DNA of 63,722 nucleotides, filler included, from Reticulomyxa filosa (GCA_000512085.1; 17 parts of 17 records of this genome joined end to end with filler, not necessarily neighbours in it), one strand, 5' to 3'; positions 1 to 12,640 are shown, counted from the whole stretch's first letter. Program-made: numbers and translations. The notes: generated from the letters alone by a model not told the origin.

Positions 1-1013
1 AGATAATATTGTATTTGCACAAGCAATATTTTCTAATTCATTTGATCCATATCTTACGCTCTTCACTACATTTTGATGTCCTATAAATAAAATTAATTGT
101 TTTGTTGTTTCGATATCCCATATACGAATGGTTTTATCAAATGATCCAGAACAAATTGTATATCCATTTCCACCAATTACACCAATATTATTACTTTTAT
201 TACCATTATTGTTATTGCCTTGCAATGGTGAAATATCAATACACCAAACACCATGTTCATGTCCATTGAAAATATGTAATGATCTGTATGTTTCAACATC
301 CCATAAACGAATATTATTGTCGCCAGATGTAGAACATAAATATCTACCACCATTAAATGGTGAAAATTCAATACCACCAACACCACCAGAGTGTTTACTG
401 AATATTTGTAATTGTTTATTATGTTTGAAATCCCAAAAACGAATGGTTCTATCCAGTGATGAAGAACAAATGACATTTTGACAATGCTTATGATAATGAT
501 ACGGTGAAAATTTCACACAATACACAGAATCTGAATGCCCACTGAATGATTGAATTTGCTTGCTATTTTCAATATCCCATACACGGACTGTTTTATCATG
601 TGATCCAGAACAAATGAGTTGACAATCATCAAATGTTGAATAATCAATACTCCATACATAATCGGTATGTCCAGTAAATGTATTGATTAATTTGAATGTT
701 GAGCAAAACGTGTCAAGCATGAAGACTGTTCTTGTCTGTGTTAACAAATATACGTTTACGGTTAAATGAAAATAAAAAAACAAAAGGAAACATAACATAA
801 TTGACAACAAGTTTGTCAAAATCATTGATCCATCCTAATTTAATCTTTAATATTCGAATCCAATGTTGAATAATTATTTGGACTTCTTTTTCTAACTGGT
901 TTAATTGATAAACACAATAAAGATATAAAAACAACCAGTTTTTGAAAGATTTAAATGAAGCTTACCAATGTTGGTTGTGTTGAGGTTTGTTCTTCATTGT
1001 GATGAGTGATCAT
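1..1013 (-). CDS. WD40-repeat protein, 3' end outside the window; exons 1013-966, 895-797, 735-<1
   Basis: Manual translation: MITHHNEEQTSTQPTL | LEKEVQIIIQHWIRILKIKLGWINDFDKLVVNY | TRTVFMLDTF...FTGHTDYVWSIDYS..ICSGSHDKTVRVWD..GHSDSVYCVKFSP..DRTIRFWD..DKTIRIWD. Both introns are GT..AG and phase 0. Confidence 0.9.
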
Positions 1014-1444
1014 TCTTTATTTTTTCTTTTTAAGCTGATTTGAACTTTTTGTACCCCTCTCAGAAGATCAATGAAAGGAGTAGTCTAACTTTATAATGAA
1101 TTAAAAAAGAGATTGCGCTTTTCCTTATCTTTATCTTTAGATACAATCAAATTGAATTGTTCTGCATTCTTCATCACTGCAACTGCAGTTTGTAATTTGG
1201 CTGATTATCGCATAAAATTGTAAATATTCCAATATTAAATACTTGATTAAAGTCGCCATCATAATACTCTTGAGTCTTTTCCAATAATCTTTCCTTTAAT
1301 AAGTCTTTAGTTAAGAGACATCTAACAATCAAATTGTTTTGTCATACACACAATTTTTAACTTGTCTTGTGAAATTGCACTACTTTTAAAAAGATAATTA
1401 AAAGTTTATTGATTTGTAGATATTTTAACTTTATTGCATTTTAA

Positions 1445-1985
1445 TGTATTTGATAAAATTAGGATGGATTGATGATTTTAACAAAATTACTATCTTTAAA
1501 ACCCGATTCCAATATTGAATAATTATCTTTAACTCATTTTTTGACTATTTATTGTTTTACACAATAAAACTTATTTGTATTTTGTTATTAAAAAAGATAA
1601 ATACAAAAGATTAAAATGAATATTACCAATTTTGATTTATCCCTCCATCCAATCACTTTTGTCTTCGTGATAACATTTCTTTCTCATATCCTCCAATAAT
1701 ATGCATATTTATATAATGATGCAATATTATGGTTATGAAATTGAAAAGTGTTGTTATTTTCATCATATTCAATTGATAATCCTGTCTTGAAACAAAACAG
1801 CAGTATTTGATAATTTTGTTGATTTGTTTTCATCATTTGTTGTCCTTGTCCATTTTCTGAATTTGATACAAGGAAATGATAAAATATTATATTATTAGTT
1901 GGTAAAGTATAATGTTTAATAAATTGAAATGTATTTAAATCAAACACACTAATATTTTTTAATTGATAAGTGATAAGAATTGACT
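1445..1985 (-). pseudogene. Kelch-like beta-propeller pseudogene (C-terminal part), with a 35-bp internal inversion
   Basis: VFDLNTFQFIKHYTLPTNN..ILLFCFKTGLSIEYDENNNTFQF, the same family as 29430-30133. It has frameshifts and deletions and ends in the KNELKIIIQYWNRVLKI[KLGWIDDFNKI] motif. Confidence 0.7.
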
Positions 1986-2599
1986 ATCCTTTTTTATAAT
2001 TGATTAAAAAATTATAATGTGGATAACAATTAATGCTTGTGTAGGGACAGTGAGCTAGACTAAGTGTAATACGAAAGGAACTTAGTCCGAAAATTAATTT
2101 CAGTAAAAAGGAAATAAATTGATAACAATAATTGCAACAAAATTAAGAAAGAGTAAAAAGAAAACAAGCAAAAGTGAGTTGTATTGTGAAGAAGGTTTTA
2201 ACCCACTGATCTGTATTTATAAAAAAAGTTTGCCGTTACATTTTTTATTATAATTGGAGTATTTTTATACAGTGATTTACTCCAAATGCAAATATGTATC
2301 TATATTTTCAACGCACATCAAGAAAAATGTGAAGAAAAACATAAAAATTTCTGTAAAAAGTGATACTGCACTATTTTTCATCCTTTGGGACACGTTCACC
2401 CAACTTTCATGGCATTCCACAATGCAAGTACAATAGGCCTTGGGTGTTGTATTTGCGAAATTTAGGAGAACAAATCAAGTAGATGCATGTTAATATCAAT
2501 GTGGCTTTTTTGTTTGTGTTTTCTTGGGTTTAGATTGCGTTCAACCAAAAAAGTTGAAATCAAGTAATTGTTTCCCATTATTTCTCTCTCTCTCGTTGA

Positions 2600-3789
2600 T
2601 AATGATATTAAAGCTTGTACTATGTTGGATGCTCTGGTCGATTGACGTTGGACATTCAAGAAAAGAGTTGTTTTGCAGTTAGGAAGGTTTTGACAGAGAG
2701 GAAAACGCGCAAAATAGTGATCAAGTGTTACAACACAATGTTGCTCTGTACAACACAAAATAAAACAAAACAAAACAAAACAATACGATTTAAAAGATGG
2801 GAGTGAATGTGCACACATGATATTGGAGCAGTTTGAGGACTTGAAGTGTGTGGGAGAGGCGTCATGTGCACATAGCAAAATAAAGATTGACAGAGATGAA
2901 AAACGAGACAATGAGTACCGAATTGGCTGTTGGGGGGTGGGATCATGTGCAAATGCGACAATCGAAGTGAAAAACACGAAGCATGACCATAACAACAAAA
3001 GCAAGCCATTTGTGGTCGCAATTGATTGTTTTGGTCCATTTTCTTGTTCCTTTTTATCGGTCAATGCATCAGATCCATTTTGTTAGGAGGGAAAGTATAC
3101 GTATATGTTTTTTTTAAAAAAAAAAAAGAAATCTTTGGAATTTTATTTTTTAAAAAAAAAAAAAAAGGCTGAGTTAAAATGGAGATGCAAAGAAGAGAGC
3201 AGTTGCAATGGAGTAGAATTGATTTGTAGTGGGAGATGCGAGATGCAATGTGACAACGCAAGATGCACATTTGAAAGATATGAGTGTAACCCCGGAGAGA
3301 ACTGTATACTAGACTTTGACAGTGACACTCCAAAGCAAAGTCAGTTTTGGAAAAGCCAGCAATTGGAATCAAAAGATGAGAAGAAAAAGGGAGTAAACAA
3401 ACTTCCGAAAAGAATACCAACTTTCTCATCATCTCCGACTCCAAGGCCAACATCAAGACCATCAAAATTGCCAACTCTAAAGCCGACAACAAAAGCACCA
3501 ACTCCAAAGCCAACAACAAAACCTCCGACTCCAAAGCAAAATCCAACAACGAGAGTTCCAACTGCTTCTCCATCTCGATCTCCTACTCCACACCCTAGTG
3601 TTGCTCCCACCTCTTCCCCATCTGCATCACCGACGACAACGACGACAACGACGCAAAGACCGACCCCTTCTCCAACTCTATCCCGAGTTCCGTCATCATC
3701 TCCCATTTCCCTCTTACATCCATCTCGACTGATGTCCCCATGTCGACAATCCAAGTCTTTCAGCAAGAAAAAAGAACCTCTTTTGTTGC
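2600..3789 (+). CDS. Cys-rich repeat protein with Pro/Thr/Ser/Lys-rich (mucin-like) tail; multi-exon and partial
   Basis: Repeated C-x-G-x-x-S-C units (CVGEASC, CWGVGSC, CFGPFSC, CKEESSC) followed by PTPRPTSRPSKLPTLKPTTKAPTPKPTT. A probable intron at ~3082-3167 ends in poly-A+AG. The start is not resolved. Confidence 0.6.
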
Positions 3790-3889
3790 NNNNNNNNNNN
3801 NNNNNNNNNNNNNNNNNNNNNNNNNNNNNNNNNTTAATTAATTAANNNNNNNNNNNNNNNNNNNNNNNNNNNNNNNNNNNNNNNNNNNN
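3790..3889. other. Artificial contig linker (first of 16)
   Basis: N44-TTAATTAATTAA-N44, with stops in all six frames. Identical linkers at 5467-5566, 10177-10276, 12071-12170, 30134-30233, 32545-32644, 38224-38323, 40107-40206, 42691-42790, 44310-44409, 45594-45693, 50518-50617, 51828-51927, 55016-55115, 56489-56588 and 58623-58722. Confidence 0.98.
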
Positions 3890-4941
3890 GTTTGATTAAA
3901 AGAAAAGTAAGGTGATATTAAATTTGTTTGTCTCGAAACTACAAGTCCAGAACTTTTTGTTTGAAAGAACGCAATAAATCAGTTGGTAATCTCTGACACG
4001 TACAACACGACTGCTCTATATTAGTATCTATGGAAAAGCAAGAGTTGGAAAAAGCGTATAAATGATAGTGATATTGAAATGAAGGAAATTTATCTTATAA
4101 AACTGTAGTTTTTTTTTGGGAGAGGGAGAAAATTTATCAAGGATAATTTTTTAAGGATAAAATTTGGTTAGTGATTTCGTATGACTTCTACATCTTTGAA
4201 TTTTTTCATTCGCTTGCTTTTCTTTCAAAAATGGAGATATACTAACAAGTTTAAAAAAAATCTTAAAATACGTAATATGAATGAAATTATTATCTTTTTA
4301 AAAAGCTTTATTTTTAATGAACGGATAATTAAATGAAAAAAAGTAGGAAATTTTCTGTTCAAAAACAAATCCAAATTTACAAAAGTCAATCATTCAATGA
4401 AATAACATATATCTAAACTATTGATCCATCCTAATCTTATCAAACTCAATTTTGAATAAGTATTTCATATAAAAAGTGTTTATACAATGCCAAATGAAAA
4501 TTTATCAGCTTTGTTGTCATGATTCAATGCATTCTTTCATTATGTAATTGGAATATTTATATAGAATTTTCATTTCTTTAAATGCTTTAGATTAAGTTGA
4601 ATATTATATTGTTAAATAACTTCACATTTTCAAAAATTATCTCATCAAAGTCATAAATTCGTCATCTTTTAAAATATTCTTACATTATTTGCAATCATTC
4701 AATATTAATTTAATAAAGTTTTATAAGATCACAAAAACACAATTTAATTCTATTCAAAGTGCAGTTTTCATCTATTATGCTTTTCAATTCGTTGAACGCA
4801 GTTTTTTCAACTTTTTAAACAACAAGTAAGATAAAGCACATCTTTTAGTGTGTGTTCAATCAAATAAAAAAAGTTGAATATAATCTTAATCAAACTTTTC
4901 AAACAAAAACACTTTCATTTCTTGTTCAACAAAAAAGTAAA

Positions 4942-5320
4942 TTATCCCCAAATACGAATGGAACCATTTTTTTGAACCATAACACAAATTCAAATCATGT
5001 TTGACATTCTTTGTATCCTTTTTCTTTTTCAATGCAATAAATTTAAGACAATATATTCCATTATCTTCTTTATTATCTCCTTCAATCATATACAACTCAT
5101 TTTTATTTGATCGAATATCCCAAAAACGAATTGTATTATCATCTGATCCAGAACATATCACATTTGAGTTAGCAATATTATTCTTTATTATAAATGGTGA
5201 ATATTCAACAGACAATACACGACTAGTATGTCCATTGAATACTTCAATTTGTTGACTACATCGAATATACCACAAACGAATACTTTTATCAGACGATCCA
5301 GATAATATTGTATTGTAAGA
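4942..5320 (-). pseudogene. WD40 gene C-terminal fragment (same family as 1-1013)
   Basis: NTILSGSSDKSIRLWYIR..GHTSRVLSVEYSP..ICSGSDDNTIRFWDIRSN. One extra A in a poly-A run near 4970 shifts the expected end CYGSKNGSIRIWG*. Confidence 0.75.
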
Positions 5321-5566
5321 TATTTGAATAAGTGTTTATATTTATAATTATTATATTCATTTTTTAGTATTTTCGTGAATTTCATGTTTTGTAATTGTTT
5401 TGTCATTTCTGGAGATTGATTACATTCAAACTCATAATTCAATTCTCTTTCATATTTGGAAGATCANNNNNNNNNNNNNNNNNNNNNNNNNNNNNNNNNN
5501 NNNNNNNNNNTTAATTAATTAANNNNNNNNNNNNNNNNNNNNNNNNNNNNNNNNNNNNNNNNNNNN

Positions 5567-7675
5567 TTATTATTATTATTATCATTATTATTATTATCAT
5601 TATCATTATTGGCATGATTCTCATTATCTTTCTTATCATTGGCATGATCATTCTTGGGACGATTGGAGAGCGTGGGATTGATAATAATGACATGTCTTTT
5701 GGAAATTTTTTCGTGTCGAATGTAGTGAATATCATAGATTCTGGCAATGAACTTGCTCAAAGCGGTGAAGCTTTGTTGAAAGGGTATCATGAGTGACTGT
5801 TGTATTTTGACGGGTTCAAGCCAGGTGTACTTGCTCAAATCGTCACTGCTCATCAAGTGATATGTGTAGTCATCTTCTTTCCTCACGAGGACGCCCGTGA
5901 TAAAGTCGCCATTGTTCAAATTGGAGTCGTGTTCCTCGCAAAGACGTCCAATGACTTTGCACTTTTTGTCTTTGCGGAACTCGATTTCTACGGCCTGACA
6001 ATTGGCCGGACTGCTGATCTGAATGCCATCTTTGAAGTACTGTTTTTCGAGTGACTTTTTGACGCGACTCATAGCCGTGCGTTCGCCATGCACAAGAATG
6101 ACGTGTGTAGGTTTCAACGTGCGAATGAACTGTTTGGTCTGATGATGGTCGGCGTGTGCCGCGAACATTACATAATGCACGCTCATTCGCAATGGCAACT
6201 TGCCTCCTCGTAGCGAGTCGATATGCGAGGGTTCGTGTTGCACCTCTTTGGCCATCGTTCCTTCTACTGCATATCCTGGAATCACCAGTCCATTCTTGCG
6301 ATCAGAACACCACAGTTCGAACAGCTCTCGTGACAATCCATTCTGCAACATCCCCGGAGACGCAAACACTACCGACGGACCATCGTCGCGGAACTGGTAA
6401 CGTCCTTTCAGATTCGTCACATGTCGAAACTCAAAGGGATTTCGCACTTGATACTGTTGCTGCATTTTCGGGTGCATCATCCCGATATACGTACTGTATA
6501 CTTGCAAACACTTCTTCGCCAACGCGCTGGCGTAATAGATGGGCACGCGATGCAAACTGCTATTCGCACTCCAATACTCATCCAAAATCAATAGCAACTC
6601 CTGCGCTCTCCCCAGTGCAAACACTGGGATTAGACATCGCCCACCTCGACGCACAATGTCGTGCACGTGGCGCGTAAACTCGCGCTCACGGCTGCTCACT
6701 GGTGACAGTGTCTGTCGTCCAAATGTACTCTCGATTATCAGCACGTCCGGCTTTTCGTTCGGTAGCTCGGCTCCTTTCAAATGCCGGTCATCGTCGCACG
6801 AATAATCACCTTTTTTTTATAATTATAATAAAAAAATTTTTAAAAAAAAAAAGTGCAAAAAAAATAAATAAATTTTTTTTTTTAGGCAATTTTGCGTGGC
6901 TTTTAAAAAAAAAATAAAATAAAAAATTTTTATTTTTTTTTTTTGGCTCAATCCTCCCTTCCCCCCCCCTTTCTCTCCCCTTCTTGTTATCATTGCTATT
7001 CTTTTGAATGCACACAATTTGAATAGCTGTTGTTTTGTTGTTATTGTTGTTTTGTTTTGAACCAGTGTACAATATTTTGACGTTGGCAATTTGGATGATG
7101 AACATAGCGGCGCCTAAGACGTGGCCAGCGTGGAAAGCTTTGAAGCGGATACCGTTGACAACCTTGTCCATATGAAAGTCGATACATTGAATTTTGTCCA
7201 TGGACGCGTTCAATTCCTTTTCTCCAAAAAGCACTTTGTCGTCGATGCTCAATGTACTCACTTTGATAAAGTCTTGCAAGATCAACTTGTAGATCGACTT
7301 GGTTGGGTGCGTCATAAAACATGGCGCGTTAAAGTTGGTCTTTTCTAAAAAGTATGGCAGACATGCACTGTGATCCAAGTGAAAATGTGTCACTAGCAAT
7401 AAATCTATCTCGTCTATATTGATGTTATCCAAGTAGGGCATCGATTGCGCACCTTTGAAGGCTGGGTGCAATCCGCAGTCTAACATCACACATTTCCCTT
7501 TGTATTTCAATACGATACATGATCTTCCGACTTCCTGTCCTGCTCCCAAAGGAATGATCTGCAAATAATCTGAATTCGATTCATTTCCTTCAAGATGGAT
7601 GCGCCTTTTCAAACCTGTTCGTGGAACAATAATATTTTCGTCATTGTCCACCACTACAGTGTGCTTCATTTGCAT
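5567..7675 (-). CDS. CPSF3: Cleavage and polyadenylation specificity factor subunit 3 (CPSF73/Ysh1), 3' partial; intron 7062-6810
   Basis: [23 protein letters not shown] metallo-beta-lactamase motif, [13 protein letters not shown]|DYS restored by splicing, [32 protein letters not shown], and beta-CASP AHADH. It runs into a poly-Asn tract at the contig end. Confidence 0.95.
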
Positions 7676-8833
7676 ATACACCAAAAAAAAAAGTGCAACA
7701 CAGCCTTCCCTACTTTAGCAGCTGTACACAACGTGTAAAATATTTTTTTGAGTAGTTGCCGATCATTTTTTAAAAAATACTAAAATCAATTGTAACTGTT
7801 ATTTCACTTTTAGTATAGAAATATAAATAATATTATGATAAATATACAAATTCATGACAAAAGAAAGCAAATTGATACACATTTTGTTATTGAACAAAAT
7901 ATGGTTTTCAAGTAAATAATTTTCCAATGCTTTTCCAAAATTATTTGCGACTGCTTAGCCAACTTTTTTACGCAGTACAATTTATATTGTATAACTCTTA
8001 TGATAATATCAATTATGGAAGGTACGCACAATAAATAGTCGAGAATAATATATTTAGAAGTTGTTTCGTCTCCTAATCAATCATTAGTATCTAGTCATGA
8101 AAAGAAAAAAAAATGAAAAACTGTTTCATACGTCAAATAATATAGAGCAGAACATAACTAAGTGAAAACGTCAAATAATATTCACTTTGAAATAAAATTT
8201 AAAGATTTGTAAACTTTCCACACAAAAAATAAAATTATGTTTTAGAAATGGCAAATCTATAGTGCCAGTTATAAAGAAATTCAACTACAAAAGAATCTTA
8301 TTTCCTACTTATAGATCCGAAACTATATAAAATACTTTTATAGTAACAATTAGCCTTCTTTCTACATACTTTTTAATCAACATTAAACAAGTACAAGATA
8401 ATCGTTTAGTGTGGCATTAAATATTGCAATCTGTTTCTACAATAATGCATTTAAAGTTTCATTTTCTATTAAATGACCTCCACGTGGGTATCATATATCT
8501 CTAGAAAGAATGTTCTAAAAGATCTGGATTTTGATACTTAAGCAAATGAATGATTGTATAATTTGCTCCAATACGCATAGCACCCAAAGATGCCATTATC
8601 AAAACTATTGATAAGCTTTGTCAAATGTACAGTACAGTGTTATCGAGAATATGTTAATGCATGTACAGAGTGTGTTGTAATTTAATTGACGAACTTTGTG
8701 CGACGTATTGTAATTATTTTAAATTTTTATTTTGTTTGCGTAAAAGTTAGAACGATGTTTATTGAAAAACAAATAATGATGATTTATTCTTCCAAAAGAA
8801 CACAAATAAATACGAATTTAGTTTATCAATTAT

Positions 8834-9861
8834 TTACTTGTCGCAAGGTCAAATATGTCCGAATAAAACAAATAAAATTTTTTTTTTTACGGACCAAGTT
8901 TCGGATTGGTACCTGTACGTTCTTTCCAAAAATCGAATAAACTTTTCGGCATCTTCGGAAGTCATATTTCCATGTTCTTGCACAATAGCAATCAAAGTAT
9001 TTTGAACATCGGTAGGCATTTTGCGAGAAGACCCCGCCACAAAGATTAAGCATTCGTACTTGGTGATCCACTCCCAAATAATTTTTCCATATTCTTTCAT
9101 TTTATGAGTGACATACACTTTCTTATTCGGCACATCTCTCGAAAAAGCAGTAGCAAAATACTCGACACAAGCGCCGGTGTTATTATCATCAGTCTGACCT
9201 TTTGCAGTCCAATTCGACCATTCGTGTTCGAAAAAGAAATCCTTGTCAGCATTGCGATTTCCAAAAAACACCATAACGCTTTCCACCGGATCGGAGTTGT
9301 CGAGATTGTTTCGATGATTCATCCAATGGAAATATCGTTGCTGACACATGCTCCGAAAAGGGGCAATGCCAGTGCCCGGTCCGATCATAATTACTTTTTT
9401 CTGTAAGAATGCATCTCTGTTCAAGCGAAAGGATCCCGGGATAATGCCAATGGGCACAAAGCAAGTGTGATCATTGTCGGAGTAGGATTCGCCATGACTG
9501 GGATCGATCAAAGGTAAAGTTTGAATAAACTGCGAACAGACCCCAAAACGTTTTCGTTTCAAAGGAGTTTCATATTCCACCAGAGCCACGGTGCACTCCA
9601 CAATGGGAACCGAAACAACTGGCAATTGCTTGCATGCGTCCGAAGAGAAAACGCCATTCGCGACGCAGTGTTCCGGAACACGGTAGTACTCACAGCAGCT
9701 CGATATCGAAAATTTGCGCGGTTGAAGTCTGGGAATGAATTGGATCAGCCATTCGATGGGGACCTTGCAGCTGTGGAAATCTTCAAGAACCTTTTTAATT
9801 ATGTATGTTATGTTTATGTATTTATTGGGGAAAAAAAGGCATACCATTTATATATGTACAC

Positions 9862-9893
<32 letters not shown>

Positions 9894-10176
9894 GTATATA
9901 TAAAAACTTCGACATAAGACCGATGCTCGAGTTGATTGTATTCATACAAAGCCAACTGCCCTTCCGACGAGCAGAATTCACGCAGCTTGTCAATGTGCAG
10001 AGGGTTGTCAGTAAAGTGCACCAAGCGTTCAAAGAAAGTGCGTCTCGGCACACCGCAAATGTCCAAATGTTTAGAGAACAATTCGAACAGAGTAATGCAA
10101 CAGCTCTTTCCTAACATATCTCCTCCAATGTCATTACTACCATTATCATTATCATTGTCACTATCACTATCATTAT
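8834..10176 (-). CDS. NDOR1: NADPH-dependent diflavin oxidoreductase 1 (NDOR1/Tah18), 5' partial; intron 9907-9791 and probable terminal intron 8890-8837
   Basis: LDICGVPRRTFFERL, RSYVE|VLEDF, LQPRKFSISS, MIGPGTGIAPFRS, FFGNRNADKDF, TAFSRD, KVYVTHKM, FVAGSSRKMPTDV and C-terminal YQSETWS. Confidence 0.88.
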
Positions 10177-10289
10177 NNNNNNNNNNNNNNNNNNNNNNNN
10201 NNNNNNNNNNNNNNNNNNNNTTAATTAATTAANNNNNNNNNNNNNNNNNNNNNNNNNNNNNNNNNNNNNNNNNNNNATATATATATATG

Positions 10290-11045
10290 TATATATAGTC
10301 ATCATTTGGTCTTGTGTTGGAAATCTTGTCGAGGAATGCGAATGATATACAATGAAGCCCAATAAACAAAAGCCGAATGTTATAACAGACAACATGTCTC
10401 CCACAGTACTTTCGCGGAAATTTGGACACGATACAACAATGATATTCCATTCAAATCTGTATTCAAACCGACTCATCCATCTCGAGCACGATGAATAAGC
10501 CGGACATAGGGAGTGTGAGAAAACGTTGGGGCCGATGTTGGAGAATGGCATGGAGATCATATTGGAGGTAGAGCATGTCCATGTGGCGGTTGAATACAGT
10601 ATTGACTTGGGAGGCGTGCTCGATAGTAACTAGGATTTCGTGTTTGCGGCTTTGTTGGAGCAAAGATTGCGGGTTTCGTGAGAGAGATAGAAAGTGAACG
10701 AGCGTGTACAGTTGTATGTACATACTACAAATGCGGGTTGTGCGTGCCATTGTAGCAGATTGAGTCAAATCGATCGTCCACAATCTGTTTATAATATCCA
10801 TCGGCGTTTTGAACGATGTCTAGGCATAGGATCATTCGGATGCATGACAAATGATTTCGGTATGCTTCACCACATGGGACCTTTCACATAGATGAACAAG
10901 CGCGTCTCTTTCGTTATTGATGGTAGCATTGAGACATCAGTATTTCGAAATGATTCTTTGAGTTGCCATAAATCCACAATTCTTTTGATATTTTTGCCTT
11001 GATGTTGGTGCCAATTTTTCATAATAAATTGAGCCTTACAAACTA
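10290..11045 (-). CDS. Hypothetical protein fragment or pseudogene
   Basis: GC-richer, coding-like stretch covered by several minus-strand ORFs in different frames (10867-11142, 10463-10801). No recognisable motif. Confidence 0.3.
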
Positions 11046-12170
11046 TACATATCACAGCAACAAAAATTAAATAAAAACTATTTGTGTTTGTGTGGATGCG
11101 AAAAACAGAAAGTGTGAACAAATTATACACACAAACAAACAAAACTATTGTTTGTCTTGTCGATTGGTCCTGTTACGATTTTGCTCATCAACAACCACGT
11201 ATATCCTTTTCACTTGCCATCTATATCAAATAAAACTCTTATTTTAGTGTTGCAAAAAAAATGTGGAAACACAAAGTACAGTATGTAAAGTAAGTATAAT
11301 GTGGAATAGTATATAATTTTTTTTTGTTACCGGAACTCGTTGTCTTTGTCAGCATCATTCTACACTGTCTATTTTTTTATTTTAAACAAGTCAAACAAAA
11401 AAAAAGATATATTTGTAAAAATACTTAACTTTTATTGATGATGTCCACTGGACATAGATGTCATTGGAGTCATAGCTCCACAAAAATAAAAAGTTGTTCA
11501 ATTTTTTCTTTCTTTTTTTTATCAATTCTTTTTTTTTTTCCAATTATTATCATCTTTTTTTTTCTTACTATTTTATAAAAATATTTATTTCTTTTTTCTT
11601 TTTTCCCTCCCATTTATTCTATTTTTATTTTTTTTCCCCCATTAATTATAACTTTTTTCCCCCTTTTTATCCCCCTTTATAGTCATTTTTTCCCCCCCAT
11701 TTATTATCTTTTTTTTTCCAATATATTATTCTTTTTTCCATTCCCATTTCTATAATTTTTCAAAAAAACATCCTTGACTTTTCTCTCGTGGCTCTTCGAC
11801 ATCTGTGCAAACACATAAACAAAAATTTTTTATATATTTTAAAGAATAAATTAAGAAAATACTTACCTTTTGTACTTGGAGTTCAAACTCCAATTCAATA
11901 TTTCTTTCCTGTGGATCAAACACTAGAAAAAAAAAATGTATTTTGTTTATGGAGGAGGGTGAAAACAAACAAATAAAAAAATAATATATATAATGTCTCT
12001 CTTGTTAGGGGGAATTCCTATGTTCACAAAAACACAAGCACGTTATTTAATAAAAGAAAAATATATATATNNNNNNNNNNNNNNNNNNNNNNNNNNNNNN
12101 NNNNNNNNNNNNNNTTAATTAATTAANNNNNNNNNNNNNNNNNNNNNNNNNNNNNNNNNNNNNNNNNNNN

Positions 12171-12640
12171 TCGAATAAATGGAAGATGTTGCTTGCAGCT
12201 GATAAGACGCAATGTATCACATTCAGACATCAGAACAAGAAGATATTCCCAACATTGCACCATTGAAACTAAAATATCAATCAATTAAATCCTAAAAAAT
12301 AAAATTTATATTTTAACAATATTTTCAAGATTTGGGATTTGAAATATTTATTTAAGGAAATTATATGAAAATAAAATGGAGAATGAATATATGGATGAAA
12401 ACCTCCAAAAACAATTTGAAACATATAACATGTCCAATAACATCTATTAATTGTAGATTATTGAATAAAGATTCAATTCCTCGTAGAGAGAATTCACAAC
12501 AATAATTCAATGTTTAAATTTTAAATCAAGGTTATTTAGAATATTGAATTATCAAAGAATAAAAGGGTTAGCACTGAAGCAGCAAAATGTAATCACCATA
12601 CTCAATTCGGTTAATATTAACCAATTGTCAGATAATTCAT
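12171..12640 (+). mobile_element. Degenerate non-LTR retrotransposon RT fragment
   Basis: SNKWKMLLAADKTQCITFRHQNKKIFP resembles the RT segment after YADD and parallels LLAPNKTQSITL at ~29095. Many stops follow. Confidence 0.6.

Noticed and set aside
10290-11045. Stop-codon reassignment to explain interrupted frames
   Set aside because: Conserved genes in the window have no in-frame stops and end in TAA or TGA normally.
11490-11750. Phe-rich ORF and pyrimidine tract
   Set aside because: Low-complexity, possibly low-quality sequence with no coding signal.
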